This document shows, piece after piece, positions 28,299 through 39,300 of a stretch of DNA of 64,000 bases. Under the pieces are notes generated by a model. The model searched no databases. It was not told the origin of the DNA and worked only from the letters and a program-made list of their open reading frames with translations. The position numbers and the translations under genes are program-made. Within the stretch, counting starts at the first letter, position 1; every line of letters starts with the position of its first letter. The stretch is from assembly GCA_964642015.1 (NCBI GenBank), contig CAZXLF010000007.1:11964-75963 (forward strand), written 5' to 3'. This stretch comes from an uncultured Planctomycetia bacterium. Its GTDB lineage: Bacteria; Omnitrophota; Gorgyraeia; 2-02-FULL-51-18.

Positions 28299-29129
28299 TT
28301 AACTTTTTTTTCCGGATAGCCAAAACCACCCTGCCCATGTTGATTCTGATCTATCTAATCCCCAAATTCTTCTGACACGCTTTTCCAATAATCCAAAAAC
28401 CAACATGTCCATGAATACTCCGATGGATATGATCACGATCATCACCGCGATCACCTGACTCATGTCGTTTAATTCTCTGCCCATGTTCAAGAGATGCCCG
28501 AGTCCGAGACTCACAAAAAGGATTTCGCCGGCCATCAGCGAGCGCCACGCGAATGACCAACCCTGTTTTAAACCCGACAGGATAGAAGGCAGCGCCGCCG
28601 GCAAAACCACGTCGGTGAACATACACATGCCTGAGGCACCCATGTTGCGGCCTGCGCGCAGATAAATAGGTTGAATATTTTTTACACCAGAATCCGTCGC
28701 AATAGTCACCGATAAAAGTGAACCCATCACGACCACGAACGTGATCGCCGATTCATTGAGACCAAACCAAAGTATCGCAAGCGGCAGCCAGCAAATACTG
28801 GGCAGCGTTTGAAGTCCGGAGAAAAAACCACCCAGCGTTTCATCTAAAAGTTTTGACTTTCCGATAACCAAGCCCAAAGCAATGCCGAAAAAAACGGAGA
28901 TCGAATAACCGATCAGAATTCTTTTCAAACTCACACCGATCGCGATGAAAAACGTTTTATTTTTAAAACCGTCCGCCAGCGTCTCTAAAACCTGTCCGGG
29001 CGAAGGGAAAAGATACTGCGGCCAAAGTTTGAGACTGAATAAAAATTGCCACAACATTAAAAGAAGTAGATAAAAAACAATCTGTCTCAAAATTTTAAAG
29101 AATAAGTTGTTAAAATTCAGCTCAAACAT
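28299..29129 (-). CDS. ABC transporter permease (NitT/TauT family, SsuC-like)
   Basis: 276 aa with 6 TM helices and an EAA-like loop region (LKQGWSFAWRSLMAGEI). Confidence 0.8.
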   Translation of the reverse strand: MFELNFNNLFFKILRQIVFYLLLLMLWQFLFSLKLWPQYLFPSPGQVLETLADGFKNKTFFIAIGVSLKRILIGYSISVFFGIALGLVIGKSKLLDETLGGFFSGLQTLPSICWLPLAILWFGLNESAITFVVVMGSLLSVTIATDSGVKNIQPIYLRAGRNMGASGMCMFTDVVLPAALPSILSGLKQGWSFAWRSLMAGEILFVSLGLGHLLNMGRELNDMSQVIAVMIVIISIGVFMDMLVFGLLEKRVRRIWGLDRSESTWAGWFWLSGKKS

Positions 29130-29139
29130 TGATTTGATA

Positions 29140-30069
29140 TCAAACGTTGAAATAAGGTTCCATACTCAAGTAGCGCTCTCCCGAATCCGGGAAAACGGTC
29201 ACTACCGTTTTATTGGATCCTAATGCTTTGGCAATTTTGAGCGCGCCGATACAAGCCGCACCGCATGAAATTCCGGCGAATATTCCTTCTTCACGCGACA
29301 AGCGCTTGGCTATTTGATAAGCTTCATGGTCATCAACCGTGATGATCTCATCAATAATGTCACGATTCAGCACTTCTGGAATAAATCCTGCGCCGATACC
29401 CTGGATCATGTGAGGACCAGGTCTGCCTCCGGATAGTACGTTCGAACTTTTAGGTTCGACTGCGATGATCTTTATTTTTGGATTGTGTTTCTTCAATACT
29501 TCACCCACACCGGTGATCGTCCCGCCTGTTCCGACTCCGGCGACGAACGCATCGAGTTCTCCGTCCGTATCCTTTAATATTTCTTTGGCTGTTGTTTTAC
29601 GGTGCATTGCCGGATTGTCGGGATTCATGAACTGCTGCGGCATAAACGCGTCTTTTCTTGTGGCAATGATCTCGCGCGCTTTTTCGACAGCGCCTATCAT
29701 ACCTTCTTTGGCAGAGGTCAGAACAATTTCCGCGCCGAAACTTTGGAGAATTTGAATGCGCTCCTGGCTCATTGATTCGGGCATCGTCAGGATCACTTTG
29801 TATCCTTTGACGGCGCCTACGATCGCAAGACCGATACCCGTGTTTCCACTTGTAGGCTCGACGATCACCGATCCGGACTTCAAGATCCCTTTTTTCTCGG
29901 CTTGCTCGATCATATTGAGCGCAATCCTGTCTTTTACACTTCCGCCCGGATTGAACATCTCGAGTTTTGCATAAACAGTCGCCGAATTTTTTTCAACCAC
30001 CTTTGCAAGCTTTACCATAGGTGTGTTGCCGATCAAATCCAAAATACTAGCGCTTATCTTATTATTCAT
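29140..30069 (-). CDS. cysK: cysteine synthase (O-acetylserine or O-phosphoserine sulfhydrylase, CysK/CysM family)
   Basis: The PLP lysine motif is NPGGSVKDRIALNMI. Also present are TSGNTGIGLA and GVGTGGTITG. Length 309 aa. Confidence 0.9.
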   Translation of the reverse strand: MNNKISASILDLIGNTPMVKLAKVVEKNSATVYAKLEMFNPGGSVKDRIALNMIEQAEKKGILKSGSVIVEPTSGNTGIGLAIVGAVKGYKVILTMPESMSQERIQILQSFGAEIVLTSAKEGMIGAVEKAREIIATRKDAFMPQQFMNPDNPAMHRKTTAKEILKDTDGELDAFVAGVGTGGTITGVGEVLKKHNPKIKIIAVEPKSSNVLSGGRPGPHMIQGIGAGFIPEVLNRDIIDEIITVDDHEAYQIAKRLSREEGIFAGISCGAACIGALKIAKALGSNKTVVTVFPDSGERYLSMEPYFNV

Positions 30070-30281
30070 GAATGCAGGTCTCCTCCGCCCATATAAAAAA
30101 TGAATTCCACTTTGTCTCCTTCTTTGATCTGTGTCGTTTCATAATCAAGCTTCTGTAAAATATTCTCATTGATCTCTACGGTCACAAGCTCCGGTCTCAT
30201 GCGCCACTTCGTCAAAAGGTCCGTGACGGACATTCCTGTTTTGATCTCGCTGGGTTTTCCATTCAACGTAATATTGATCAT
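30066..30281 (-). CDS. ThiS/CysO-like sulfur-carrier protein with a 4-residue extension (DLHS) after the Gly-Gly motif
   Basis: MINITLNGKPSEIKTGMSVTDLL...EINENILQKLDYETTQIKEGDKVEFIFYMGGG-DLHS is ThiS-like throughout. The stop overlaps the cysK start by 4 nt. An upstream in-frame ATG at 30326 is less likely because it would overlap the JAMM gene. Confidence 0.75.
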   Translation of the reverse strand: MINITLNGKPSEIKTGMSVTDLLTKWRMRPELVTVEINENILQKLDYETTQIKEGDKVEFIFYMGGGDLHS

Positions 30282-30288
30282 CTCAGTG

Positions 30289-30675
30289 CTAGGCAATTTG
30301 GATCTCCTCTTCAGTGACTTTTTCATCCTGGATCTTAAAAGAACGCAGCACAGGTTTTTTCATGTCGGAAAGTGACACGATCAGGTAACTGACTTCCGGA
30401 TAGAACGCAAGCCGTATGTCTTTTTGCGAAGGATACGCTTCACTGGCTACGTGCGAATGAAAAATACCGGACATCTCGATACCGAGTTTTCTCATTTCCT
30501 TAAATACAACAAGCTGTTCCTTCGGGTCCATAAAATAGCTGATGCTCGCGTTATCAAGATTGGTCATTGGAAAAAATTTGTCAGGCCCCGCCAAAATCCC
30601 GCACGCCTCATTCGGAAAGCCTTTTTTCGCGTGACCGATCATCTGCTCGTAAATATCTTTGGAAATTTTAATCAT
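30289..30675 (-). CDS. JAMM/MPN+ zinc metalloprotease (Mec+/CysLO/HcyD/QbsD-like)
   Basis: The catalytic Glu is in PNEACGILAG. The JAMM motif is HSHVASEAYPSQKD (HxHx7Sx2D). About 130 aa. Confidence 0.85.
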   Translation of the reverse strand: MIKISKDIYEQMIGHAKKGFPNEACGILAGPDKFFPMTNLDNASISYFMDPKEQLVVFKEMRKLGIEMSGIFHSHVASEAYPSQKDIRLAFYPEVSYLIVSLSDMKKPVLRSFKIQDEKVTEEEIQIA

Positions 30676-30676
30676 G

Positions 30677-31516
30677 TCAAATATTACTTCCGACATTTCT
30701 ATCGACCGGCGTCAAAACCCCGGCCTTTGAAACTTGGTAATCCGTATCCAGTTCCTGACGCGCTACTTTTTCAATTTCATCTTTCAATGAGCTCATGATC
30801 TTTGTCTGGATCGTTAAAAGATGCGGATCCTGTTCTCTTCTAGGCCTTGGGAGCTGAATCGCATATTCTTTTTTGATCGTTCCGGGCCGGGCCGTAATTT
30901 CAAACACACGGTCCGATAAAAATGTTGCTTCACGCACATTATGCGTCACAAAAAGCACCGTGCATTTTGTCTTCTGCCAGATATCCTGCAATTCCTCCTG
31001 AAGCATCTGGCGTGTCTGTGCGTCCAATGCCGCAAAAGGCTCATCCATCAAAAGGATCTTCGGATTCATTACAAGCGCCCGGGCGATAGCAGCACGCTGT
31101 TTCATGCCTCCGGAAAGCTGATGCGGGTGCGCGTTCACAAACCGCGCTAAGTGCACGGCTTTGATCGCTTCAAGCGCGCGCACTCTTCTTTCCTGCTCCG
31201 GAACACCGGCGACCTTCAAGCCGAATTCCACATTATTCAGCACAGTCAGCCACGGAAAAAGGGCGGCTTCCTGAAAAACCACAAGACGGTCCTTTGAAGG
31301 GCCTTCAACTATCTTGTTATCAACGAACACCTGCCCTGAATCCGGAAATTCAAGCCCGGCGATCAAAGAAATGAGCGTGGATTTTCCGCATCCTGATGGG
31401 CCGATCACACAAATGAACTCACCTTCTTCGATCGTGAAATTAATGTCGTGAAGCGCCTGCACACGCTGGTCTTTTTGCTTAAAACTTTTATGAACGCGTT
31501 TGAAAACAACTCTCAT
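30677..31516 (-). CDS. ABC transporter ATP-binding protein (SsuB/TauB-like)
   Basis: Walker A is GPSGCGKST, the signature motif is LSGGMKQR, and Walker B is ILLMDEP. Confidence 0.88.
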   Translation of the reverse strand: MRVVFKRVHKSFKQKDQRVQALHDINFTIEEGEFICVIGPSGCGKSTLISLIAGLEFPDSGQVFVDNKIVEGPSKDRLVVFQEAALFPWLTVLNNVEFGLKVAGVPEQERRVRALEAIKAVHLARFVNAHPHQLSGGMKQRAAIARALVMNPKILLMDEPFAALDAQTRQMLQEELQDIWQKTKCTVLFVTHNVREATFLSDRVFEITARPGTIKKEYAIQLPRPRREQDPHLLTIQTKIMSSLKDEIEKVARQELDTDYQVSKAGVLTPVDRNVGSNI

Positions 31517-31565
31517 TTACACCTCTAATAACTGTGCTCAGATAACAGACGACAGAAAACAGACT

Positions 31566-32306
31566 TTATTTACCTTCTGACTTCTGTCCTCTGATTTCTG
31601 ACTTCTGAATATGTAAACCGCATTCTTTGTGTTCCGGATTTTCCCACCACCAACGGCCGGCACGAATGTCTTCTCCAGGTTTAATGGCTCTCGTGCAAGG
31701 CGCGCAACCGATCGATGGATAACCCAGATCGTGCAGTTTGTTATACGGAACATTGTTCTTCCGGATATAATTCCAAACATCCTCATTCGTCCAAGCCGCC
31801 AGCGGATTTATCTTAAAAATATTTCCATGCGCATTGTCGACCTCTATTTTCTGAACGTCTGCTCTTGTCACCGATTGATCGCGGCGAAGGCCCGTAATCC
31901 AGGCATTTAGATCTTTGAGAGCCCGATTTAACGGCTCGACTTTACGTATTCCGCAGCATTCTTTTCTATTGTCGATTGATTCTCTGAACGAATAAAAACC
32001 CTTCGCGCGTTCCAATGCTTCGACTTTTTCAAAATTAGGAAAGTAGGATTCGATATTAATCTTATACCTAGAACGAATTCGATCCATCAATTCATATGTT
32101 TCTTCATTGAGCCGTCCTGTATCCAAAGTAAAAATTTTTACTTTCGGCTCAAGTTTCGAAACCATGTCAATCAATACTACATCCTCTGCGCCAAAGGATG
32201 AAGCCAACGCAATCTTCGGATGAAAATCCGTAAGAGCCCATTGGAGCAGCTCCTCGGGAGATTTTTTTTCAACGTCTGAATTGATCTTTTTGATGTCAAA
32301 TGGCAC
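31566..32306 (-). CDS. cysH: adenylylsulfate (APS) / PAPS reductase, thioredoxin-dependent CysH family with Fe-S cysteine pairs
   Basis: A Cys pair (ECCGIRKV) and CAPC suggest a [4Fe-4S] APS-reductase type. The C-terminal ECGLH motif is present. A 14-aa low-complexity tail ([14 protein letters not shown]) is encoded by short tandem DNA repeats. Confidence 0.85.
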   Translation of the reverse strand: MPFDIKKINSDVEKKSPEELLQWALTDFHPKIALASSFGAEDVVLIDMVSKLEPKVKIFTLDTGRLNEETYELMDRIRSRYKINIESYFPNFEKVEALERAKGFYSFRESIDNRKECCGIRKVEPLNRALKDLNAWITGLRRDQSVTRADVQKIEVDNAHGNIFKINPLAAWTNEDVWNYIRKNNVPYNKLHDLGYPSIGCAPCTRAIKPGEDIRAGRWWWENPEHKECGLHIQKSEIRGQKSEGK

Positions 32307-33585
32307 TGAAATATTCCACGCTTTTCAAAATAATCCCTCCCCCGCGGACATCATGGTCGCTAACCAAAACAAAACGTCCCGTTTCGGGGATCAGATCATA
32401 GGTATCGAAAGCAATCGGCTTTTTGGTTGAGATAATGATCTCCGCTACTTCGTTTTTGGCAACTTCATGTGCGTTCTTGGAAATTTCCTCGAGCGTCGAA
32501 GAATTGATCACTCTGATGATCGATTCGATCACGCATTCCATTTCCTGTGTGGCGATCTTTAGAAGATATTTGCCGCCTTTTTCGAGGTGTTTGTTACCCA
32601 TCCAGAAAATATTGGCCTGAAAACGGTCAGACACGATCGGTTTCTGCTTGGGAATGCAGCCGATATCGCCGCGTTCCACGAAAATCTGTTCTTCCATCGT
32701 AAAACCCGTTGATTCACCCGCATAAACAGCTGTAGGTGTTTTGTCATCCGCAGGATGCCATTTCTCGATCGTTTTTATCTTCGTAGACTTTCCGGACGGC
32801 AAAAAAAGGATCTCATCACCCGCAGAAATCGTTCCTGCTTCGACACGGCCTGCGATGATACGCCGTTTGTCGAATTTGTAAACGTCCTGCACCGGGAAAC
32901 GAAAATACGCTTTTGAACGGTCATCATTGGAAGAGAAATTATCAAGGATCTCCAAAATACTCTCGCCTTTATACCACGGCATTTTATCGCTGCGTTTGGT
33001 CACATTTTCCCCGTGATAAGCGGAGATAGGGATAAAAGTCCTAGGTTTAATGTTGATCGTCGCAAGATACTTGCTGTAAATCTCTCTGGTCGTATTGAAA
33101 ACTTCTTCGGAATAATTCACAAGGTCCATTTTGTTGACGACGATCGCGATCTGCTTGATCCCCAAAAGCGATAAAATATACGCGTGGCGTTTGGTTTGTT
33201 CCTGAATGCCTTCTTCCGCATCGATCATCAAGAACGCCACATCGGCATTCGAAGCGCCGGAGATCATATTTTTCAAAAACTCCTTATGACCCGGAGCATC
33301 GATTACCACATAATTTCTTTTCTTGGTCTTAAAAAACATCTGCGACACGTCGATCGTAATGCCTTGATCGCGCTCTTCCTCAAGCGCATCCAATAAAAAC
33401 GCAAACTCAAATCCTTTTCCTTGGTCTTCGCAAACTTTTTGCACATGGCTGATCTTAGATTCGGGAATGAACCCTGTTTCGTGCAATAAACGCCCGACAA
33501 GCGTCGACTTTCCGTGATCGACGTGACCGACCATGACGAATTTCAAAGTTTCGGTGGATGTAGGTGATTCCAAAGTCGTTTGCAT
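32296..33585 (-). CDS. cysN: sulfate adenylyltransferase subunit 1 (GTPase)
   Basis: G1 is [11 protein letters not shown]3 is DAPGH and G4 is NKMD. Length 429 aa. It lies downstream of cysD. Confidence 0.9.
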   Translation of the reverse strand: MQTTLESPTSTETLKFVMVGHVDHGKSTLVGRLLHETGFIPESKISHVQKVCEDQGKGFEFAFLLDALEEERDQGITIDVSQMFFKTKKRNYVVIDAPGHKEFLKNMISGASNADVAFLMIDAEEGIQEQTKRHAYILSLLGIKQIAIVVNKMDLVNYSEEVFNTTREIYSKYLATINIKPRTFIPISAYHGENVTKRSDKMPWYKGESILEILDNFSSNDDRSKAYFRFPVQDVYKFDKRRIIAGRVEAGTISAGDEILFLPSGKSTKIKTIEKWHPADDKTPTAVYAGESTGFTMEEQIFVERGDIGCIPKQKPIVSDRFQANIFWMGNKHLEKGGKYLLKIATQEMECVIESIIRVINSSTLEEISKNAHEVAKNEVAEIIISTKKPIAFDTYDLIPETGRFVLVSDHDVRGGGIILKSVEYFSAI

Positions 33586-33586
33586 G

Positions 33587-34396
33587 TTACATGTATCCCT
33601 TCGTTCTCAATTTCTGCATAGCATATGTGTCTTCCTGGTCCTGTGCGCGGCCGGCGCGTTCGGAAGTCTTTCCCTGCTTGAGCTCAGCGATGATTTCATC
33701 AACATTGCTTGCCGGCGAATCGATCGGAAATGTGCACGGTGCACAGCCAAGACTCCGATAGCGCTTGCCGTTCTTTGAAAAATAAAGGCTCACAACGGGA
33801 ATATTCTCGCGTTTGATGTATTCCCACACATTTACTTCGGTCCAATGAAGCAAAGGATGGATGCGAATATGCGTATTTTCATCAAAATTCGTTTTAAATT
33901 GATCCCAAAGTTCAGGCGGCTGGTCTTTAAAGTCCCATTCAAAATTTTTATCGCGCGGAGAAAAATAGCGCTCTTTGGCGCGCGTGCTTTCTTCGTCGCG
34001 GCGAATCCCTAGGATCAATCCTTTATAATCATACTGCTCCATGATCTGCTGAAGACCGATGGTTTTGAGTGCCGTGCAGCAATTGATGCGGCCTTTCGTG
34101 TAATTCATTCCTTCTTCCAGCGCTTTTTTATTCTGACCGACGATCAGATTGAGATTCCATTCTTTCGCATAGCGGTCGCGGAATTCGATCATCTCAGGAA
34201 TTTTGTAGCTGGTATCGATATGCACCAGCGGAATAGGGACATGACCCAAAAAAGCTTTTCTGGCCAGCCAAAGAAGCACATTTGAGTCTTTGCCGATCGA
34301 CCAGAGCATAGCCAGCTTTTTAAATTTTTTGTACGCCTCGCGCAAAATGAATATTGATTGATTCTCTAATTTGTCTAAGTGATCCACTTGGTCCAT
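33587..34396 (-). CDS. cysD: sulfate adenylyltransferase subunit 2
   Basis: The PAPS-reductase-like fold motif is [19 protein letters not shown]. Length 269 aa. It is separated from cysN by 1 nt. Confidence 0.9.
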   Translation of the reverse strand: MDQVDHLDKLENQSIFILREAYKKFKKLAMLWSIGKDSNVLLWLARKAFLGHVPIPLVHIDTSYKIPEMIEFRDRYAKEWNLNLIVGQNKKALEEGMNYTKGRINCCTALKTIGLQQIMEQYDYKGLILGIRRDEESTRAKERYFSPRDKNFEWDFKDQPPELWDQFKTNFDENTHIRIHPLLHWTEVNVWEYIKRENIPVVSLYFSKNGKRYRSLGCAPCTFPIDSPASNVDEIIAELKQGKTSERAGRAQDQEDTYAMQKLRTKGYM

Positions 34397-34509
34397 TGCA
34401 AAAAATCCTTTCGGTCAACCCGTATTAATATAACTAATTTAGTATTATATATGTTAAAAATAATATACAGTACATAATCTAAATAGTCAAATATAATTTC
34501 AAAAAAATT

Positions 34510-35361
34510 TCAGCCGAAAAGGATCGTCTTGTGGCCGCTCACAAATATGCGATCTTCGAAGGCAAGCTTCAAAGCCCTGGCAAGTACTATCTTCTCCACA
34601 TCCCTGCCGGCTTGTGCCATGTCAGTGACGCTATGGGAATGGTCCACGGGAATCACATCCTGTGCAATGATCGGCCCTTTGTCGAGTTCTTCAGTCACAA
34701 AATGAGCAGTCGCGCCGATGATCTTGACCCCACGGTCGGCGGCTTGCTGATAAGGATTGGCGCCCACGAAAGCCGGTAGAAAGGAATGATGGATATTGAT
34801 GATGTGATTTTGAAATTTTGCAACAAATGCTTTGGAAAGCACCCTCATATATTTGGCCAACACCAGATATTCGGGTTTTAGATCTGCAAGTGCCTTCAAA
34901 ATGGTCGATTCATGGGCCTCGCGGGTTTTATTCTCATGAGAGATATGAAAAAACGGGACTTTAAATGAATTCACAAGCTTAGACAGGTGATCATAATTAC
35001 TGATAACACCCAAAACGTTCGCATGGAGCTCTCCATAAGCATGTCTTACCAAAAGATCTCCCAAACAATGAGCTTCTTTGGTAGCAAAAATAACAGCGTC
35101 TTTTTTTCTATCTTTTGTAAGTTCAACAACAGAATCTTTCGGAAGCTCCGACTTTAACTCTTTTGAGATGTCTTTCAAATCTGCGTGGCCTGAAAACTCG
35201 GTACGCATGAAAAAACGGTCGCTTTCATGGTCGACGAATTCGGCATTTTGCACGATATTCAGACCGTTTTTAAAAAGAACTCCTGTGATCTTGTGGATCA
35301 GGCCTTTGGCGTCCTTGCATTCGACACGGAGTATATGGCTATCTCTAAACATAGGGGTCAT
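34510..35361 (-). CDS. purU: formyltetrahydrofolate deformylase
   Basis: An N-terminal ACT domain is followed by a formyltransferase core (VLAKYMRVLS...IINIHHSFLPAF). Confidence 0.9.
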   Translation of the reverse strand: MTPMFRDSHILRVECKDAKGLIHKITGVLFKNGLNIVQNAEFVDHESDRFFMRTEFSGHADLKDISKELKSELPKDSVVELTKDRKKDAVIFATKEAHCLGDLLVRHAYGELHANVLGVISNYDHLSKLVNSFKVPFFHISHENKTREAHESTILKALADLKPEYLVLAKYMRVLSKAFVAKFQNHIINIHHSFLPAFVGANPYQQAADRGVKIIGATAHFVTEELDKGPIIAQDVIPVDHSHSVTDMAQAGRDVEKIVLARALKLAFEDRIFVSGHKTILFG

Positions 35362-35417
35362 TGTGTATCAAATTAACACGATATAGATTACCTATCAATC
35401 GCTTTTTAATTTCATAA

Positions 35418-36317
35418 TTAATCTGTGCAATTAACGGGTTGATCGACATAGTGAGGCCACGCGTCGACCCAGCCTGAATTATGACTTGCATTAGGCACTT
35501 CGACGATTTTTGCACATAGTGGATGGTTCATTTTCTGTAAAAATTGATGAGCAATAAATGATGGGATCACTTTATCTTCTTTTCCTATAAAGTGCTCTTG
35601 CGGAATGGATGATACTTTATAAGCAACATCGATCGGATTCAAAGATCCATGCAAATTACTGACGCCATGATAATGATTCACGGATTCATGGTCCAAATTG
35701 CCAGCGATCGTTCTCAAAGAAACAACATCATTTCTCCTTGCCGCAAGCAATACAGCGACCGCGCCGCCGCCCGAATAGCCGATCAAATGGATCGATTTGG
35801 CCTGCGCTTTTTCTTTAAGCAGATCAATCGCCTGATCCATAGAGGAGATCACCTCCTCAGAGAACCGTTTGGATGACCAATAATCAGAATTGCACCGCGA
35901 ATCTTTTTCGGACATACCATATTGGCAAGGTCTTGATAAATATGCCACATTGTCGGAACCGTCTTTCGAAGCCAGAGTCAATACCAAAGGGTTCCGAGGC
36001 GTTGGGTCATCGGATAAATTATTTCTTGAAAGCCAAGCCGAACCATCCCCTTCAATATATATCTTCAAAGATGTTCTAGGTTTATTGATCTTGTCATAGG
36101 ACAGGAGATGAAAGTGAGAAGTGGGTAAAATTGATTTCTCAAAACCTACGCTTTGGGCAATACGATCAGCTTTATTCGTGGAATCTACTGAAGAGGAAAC
36201 AGTCGCACAACCTACATGAGCCAAGACAAATACGAAAAGCAAAGACCAAAAAAGGAATGACCGCCATAAAAACCGCAGTGTCTGTTCGGTAAAGATCATT
36301 AGAAGCTTTGCGATCAA
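35418..36317 (-). CDS. alpha/beta-hydrolase lipoprotein
   Basis: The lipobox is LAHVGC, the nucleophile elbow is GYSGGG, and a downstream His lies in PNASHNSGW. Confidence 0.65.
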   Translation of the reverse strand: MIAKLLMIFTEQTLRFLWRSFLFWSLLFVFVLAHVGCATVSSSVDSTNKADRIAQSVGFEKSILPTSHFHLLSYDKINKPRTSLKIYIEGDGSAWLSRNNLSDDPTPRNPLVLTLASKDGSDNVAYLSRPCQYGMSEKDSRCNSDYWSSKRFSEEVISSMDQAIDLLKEKAQAKSIHLIGYSGGGAVAVLLAARRNDVVSLRTIAGNLDHESVNHYHGVSNLHGSLNPIDVAYKVSSIPQEHFIGKEDKVIPSFIAHQFLQKMNHPLCAKIVEVPNASHNSGWVDAWPHYVDQPVNCTD

Positions 36318-39300
36318 AAGTTATAATTCAAAGCTACATTACCTGAATGACTGACATAACCTGATTTAAGGTCCAAATTATAGACGCCTTCTAACGAGAC
36401 GTTATTTTTCGATAAAAAAGTAACACCAGTTCCTAAATCAAAGCTGTTCTGAGCAGGCCTGAAACCGCTCGTCTTAAACGATGCGCCGCCGCCGGTAAAT
36501 GTCGAAGTAACCTCTTCTTTATCTCCGATAAAGTCATAAAGCCACTCGCCGTGCACTTCAGGAATATAAGTGCCATTGTGATCCGTAATAGGATAAGCGA
36601 TCTTCATGCCAAGCCCAGATTGTAAGAAATCAAAACCTTCGGCATTCACGTGAAGGTCGAGATCTCCCGCGCCCGTTTCGGTATAACTATCAAGATTGAG
36701 ATGAATGTATTCCAGCGACACAAGCGGAGTGACCCTGAAACCGCGATCTTCTATGTCGTAACGTACGCTCATTTTCCAGTCACATTCCTGACCATCGTAG
36801 CCGGCATCAGCTGTACGATCAAGGCCTGAAAAAGCGATCCTTCGAGAATTATCATAGTTATTCCAAGCAAAAGTAAAAGAAGTATCCATCGACCAACGAT
36901 CTACTCCATAAATTGCATAGAACGTGGCTAAATAATTATGGATATCCGCATCAGCTTCCACATTCTTTGAATTCATAACAGTCCTCGCATATCCTCCGGC
37001 AAGACCAAGCCTAACTTGATCAGAAACAAGGCCATCCGCTCCCCAAACCGTTCCCCAAAGACCTGAATCGTAACCATTAATACCCTGGTGGTCATGCTGA
37101 TCCGAAAAATTGGTGAACCCTTTAAACCAAATCCCACTATCCTTGAACACAGTCTTCATAGATTCATCGCCGGTAGAAATGCCTGTCCTGCGAGAATTTG
37201 CTTCTCCGTATTGACTGGATACTCCGGTATCGCGAATCTGGTCAAAATGCATCCCCAGAGCACGCGTGTAATTAGTGACCGCGGAAAAGCTTCCTTGGGT
37301 GACACCGCCATTCACGTTTGGGATCAACTGCTGAAGAGCTTTGTCATAATCAGAAGGGGATAATGTGAACAGCAAATTCTCGACAGTACCCATATCTCCT
37401 GTTGCCGTGGAAGAAATTGAATCCAACACAGCGCCTACAGCAGCGCGATTGCTGGTGCTCGCAATACTCGAGGAAGGAATAAGCGTCGGGGTGATCATAA
37501 TATCACCCGCCGTATTAGCAGCGGTGAATGTATAACGATTGCTGTTAGAAGTGACCGTGATGGACTGCCCATTGCTGCCGCCCGCCGAACCGTCCAATAT
37601 CTTTAACGCTGTCCCTGAAGCCAACGCACCTGTGACAGTAGCATTGACCGTGGTACCGGACGAAATAGATGCATTCCCTGTTGATGCGATATTACCAAAA
37701 ACCGAAGAGCTGTTAAGTGTGGTTTTGATCACATTGGTTGCAGATGTCGTAACTACACCTCCACCTGCTCCATTGACCGTCAAGGTATTAGCTTGCAAAT
37801 TCAGCACTCCTGTGCCTGCAAGCGTCAAATTGCCTTCATCCGTTCCGTTTCCACCTACGGTCAAAGTGCCTCCGCTATTCACTGTGGTAGTAGTCGCAAA
37901 AATATTCGCGTTATTAATGACTTCCCCACCGTTCACATTGACCGCCGTGAGCCTGTTGGCAACACCCGTAGCGCCTATGGCACTCGATACAGTAGAAGCA
38001 CCTAGAAAAGTCAAAGTGCCTTGGTTTACGCCACCTGTAGATACGGAGCCGCTGATGCTTTTACCATCTGAAATATTCACCGTTCCGGCCGCGCCAAAAG
38101 CCAACGTGGTGGCAGTGGTGTTTCCCTGTAAGTTGACCGTATTGGCTCCGGCCACATTGACCGTGGTAGCTGCGATATCTCCCGTGAACGTCGTAGTGGC
38201 ATTTTCACCGGCATTAATCGTACCTAAAGAAGATCCAGACGAGATAGACCCTGTAACCGTACCACCCTTTACAGTCAAAGTACCTTGACCTGCGGTGGTC
38301 GCTGAAATAGTGGGAGAAGTAAGGTTTGATCCATTGGCCATGACCACTGTGCCGTTACCCCCGAAATTCAATGTGCCTGCCACACCTGTGTCCACGTTGC
38401 CATTAAATGTCAACGTGCCCGTACCAGTCGTTGTCGCGCCATTACTGCCAGCATTGATCGCCTTCGCGAACACATTAGCGGTGAATATGTCCGCTGCGCC
38501 TGTCGCACCCGCGTTTAAAACCGAGATCCTGTGCGTGTTATCTGAGCCGACCTGACCTGTAACCGTTTGGCTTCCCCCTACAAGGGTCAAAGTTCCGTCA
38601 TTGTCAGCAGAAGCGGTTACTGCGGCAGTCAAATTTTTTCCACTGCCCACCTTTACTATGGAACTAGCGTTGAAAAGTATCAATGAATTGGCGCTCACAT
38701 TCCCGTTGAATGTCGTCGTGTTATCGACCGCATATATCGCGGACAACTTGTGGGTCGCTCCGATATCACTGTCAAAAATCGCATTGGCATAATAACCCGG
38801 CTTAAGTACTCCTTCTCCGTCAGAAGCACCGTTGATCGTCCCGGTAACAGTCTGAATGGAAGATCCTGACAAGATCAAATAGGAGACCCCAACGTTGTCA
38901 TCTAATACAAAACCGCCTGTGCTCGTAACCGTTGAGCCGTTGGCATACAACGCAGAAGCAGCCCCAGCACCGCCTGAATTCGCCGTAATGGTCGTGAGCC
39001 CGGCGATCTGCAAGTTGTCGCCCACACTCATCGTAATAGACTTGGTATTCGTGGCCTCATTGTTCGTAAGATTCAAATTCCCACCGACCGTGAGAGCATG
39101 GGTCACAGCGACTGTAGTATTCAAATTATCATTATTCGCATTTTGTACCGTAAAGTTCGAGCCGACATTGCCTGAATCAATATACACCGTAAGATCGCCC
39201 GTTCCGGCGACGCCATTAGGATGAACATTTACCAAACCAGTACTGGCCGTATCTGAAAGAGCGCCGATCACGAATGTATTTTTACCGTTACCATCATCAG

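Noticed and set aside
37539-38288. A 249-aa plus-strand ORF inside the autotransporter gene, with further plus-strand ORFs at 38295-38555, 38601-38792 and 38895-39224.
   Set aside because: They are antisense to a well-supported 1086-aa autotransporter CDS. The Gly/Thr/Asn-rich repetitive codons of the passenger give long open frames on the opposite strand. Their translations are Pro/Val/Ala/Thr low complexity with no start context.
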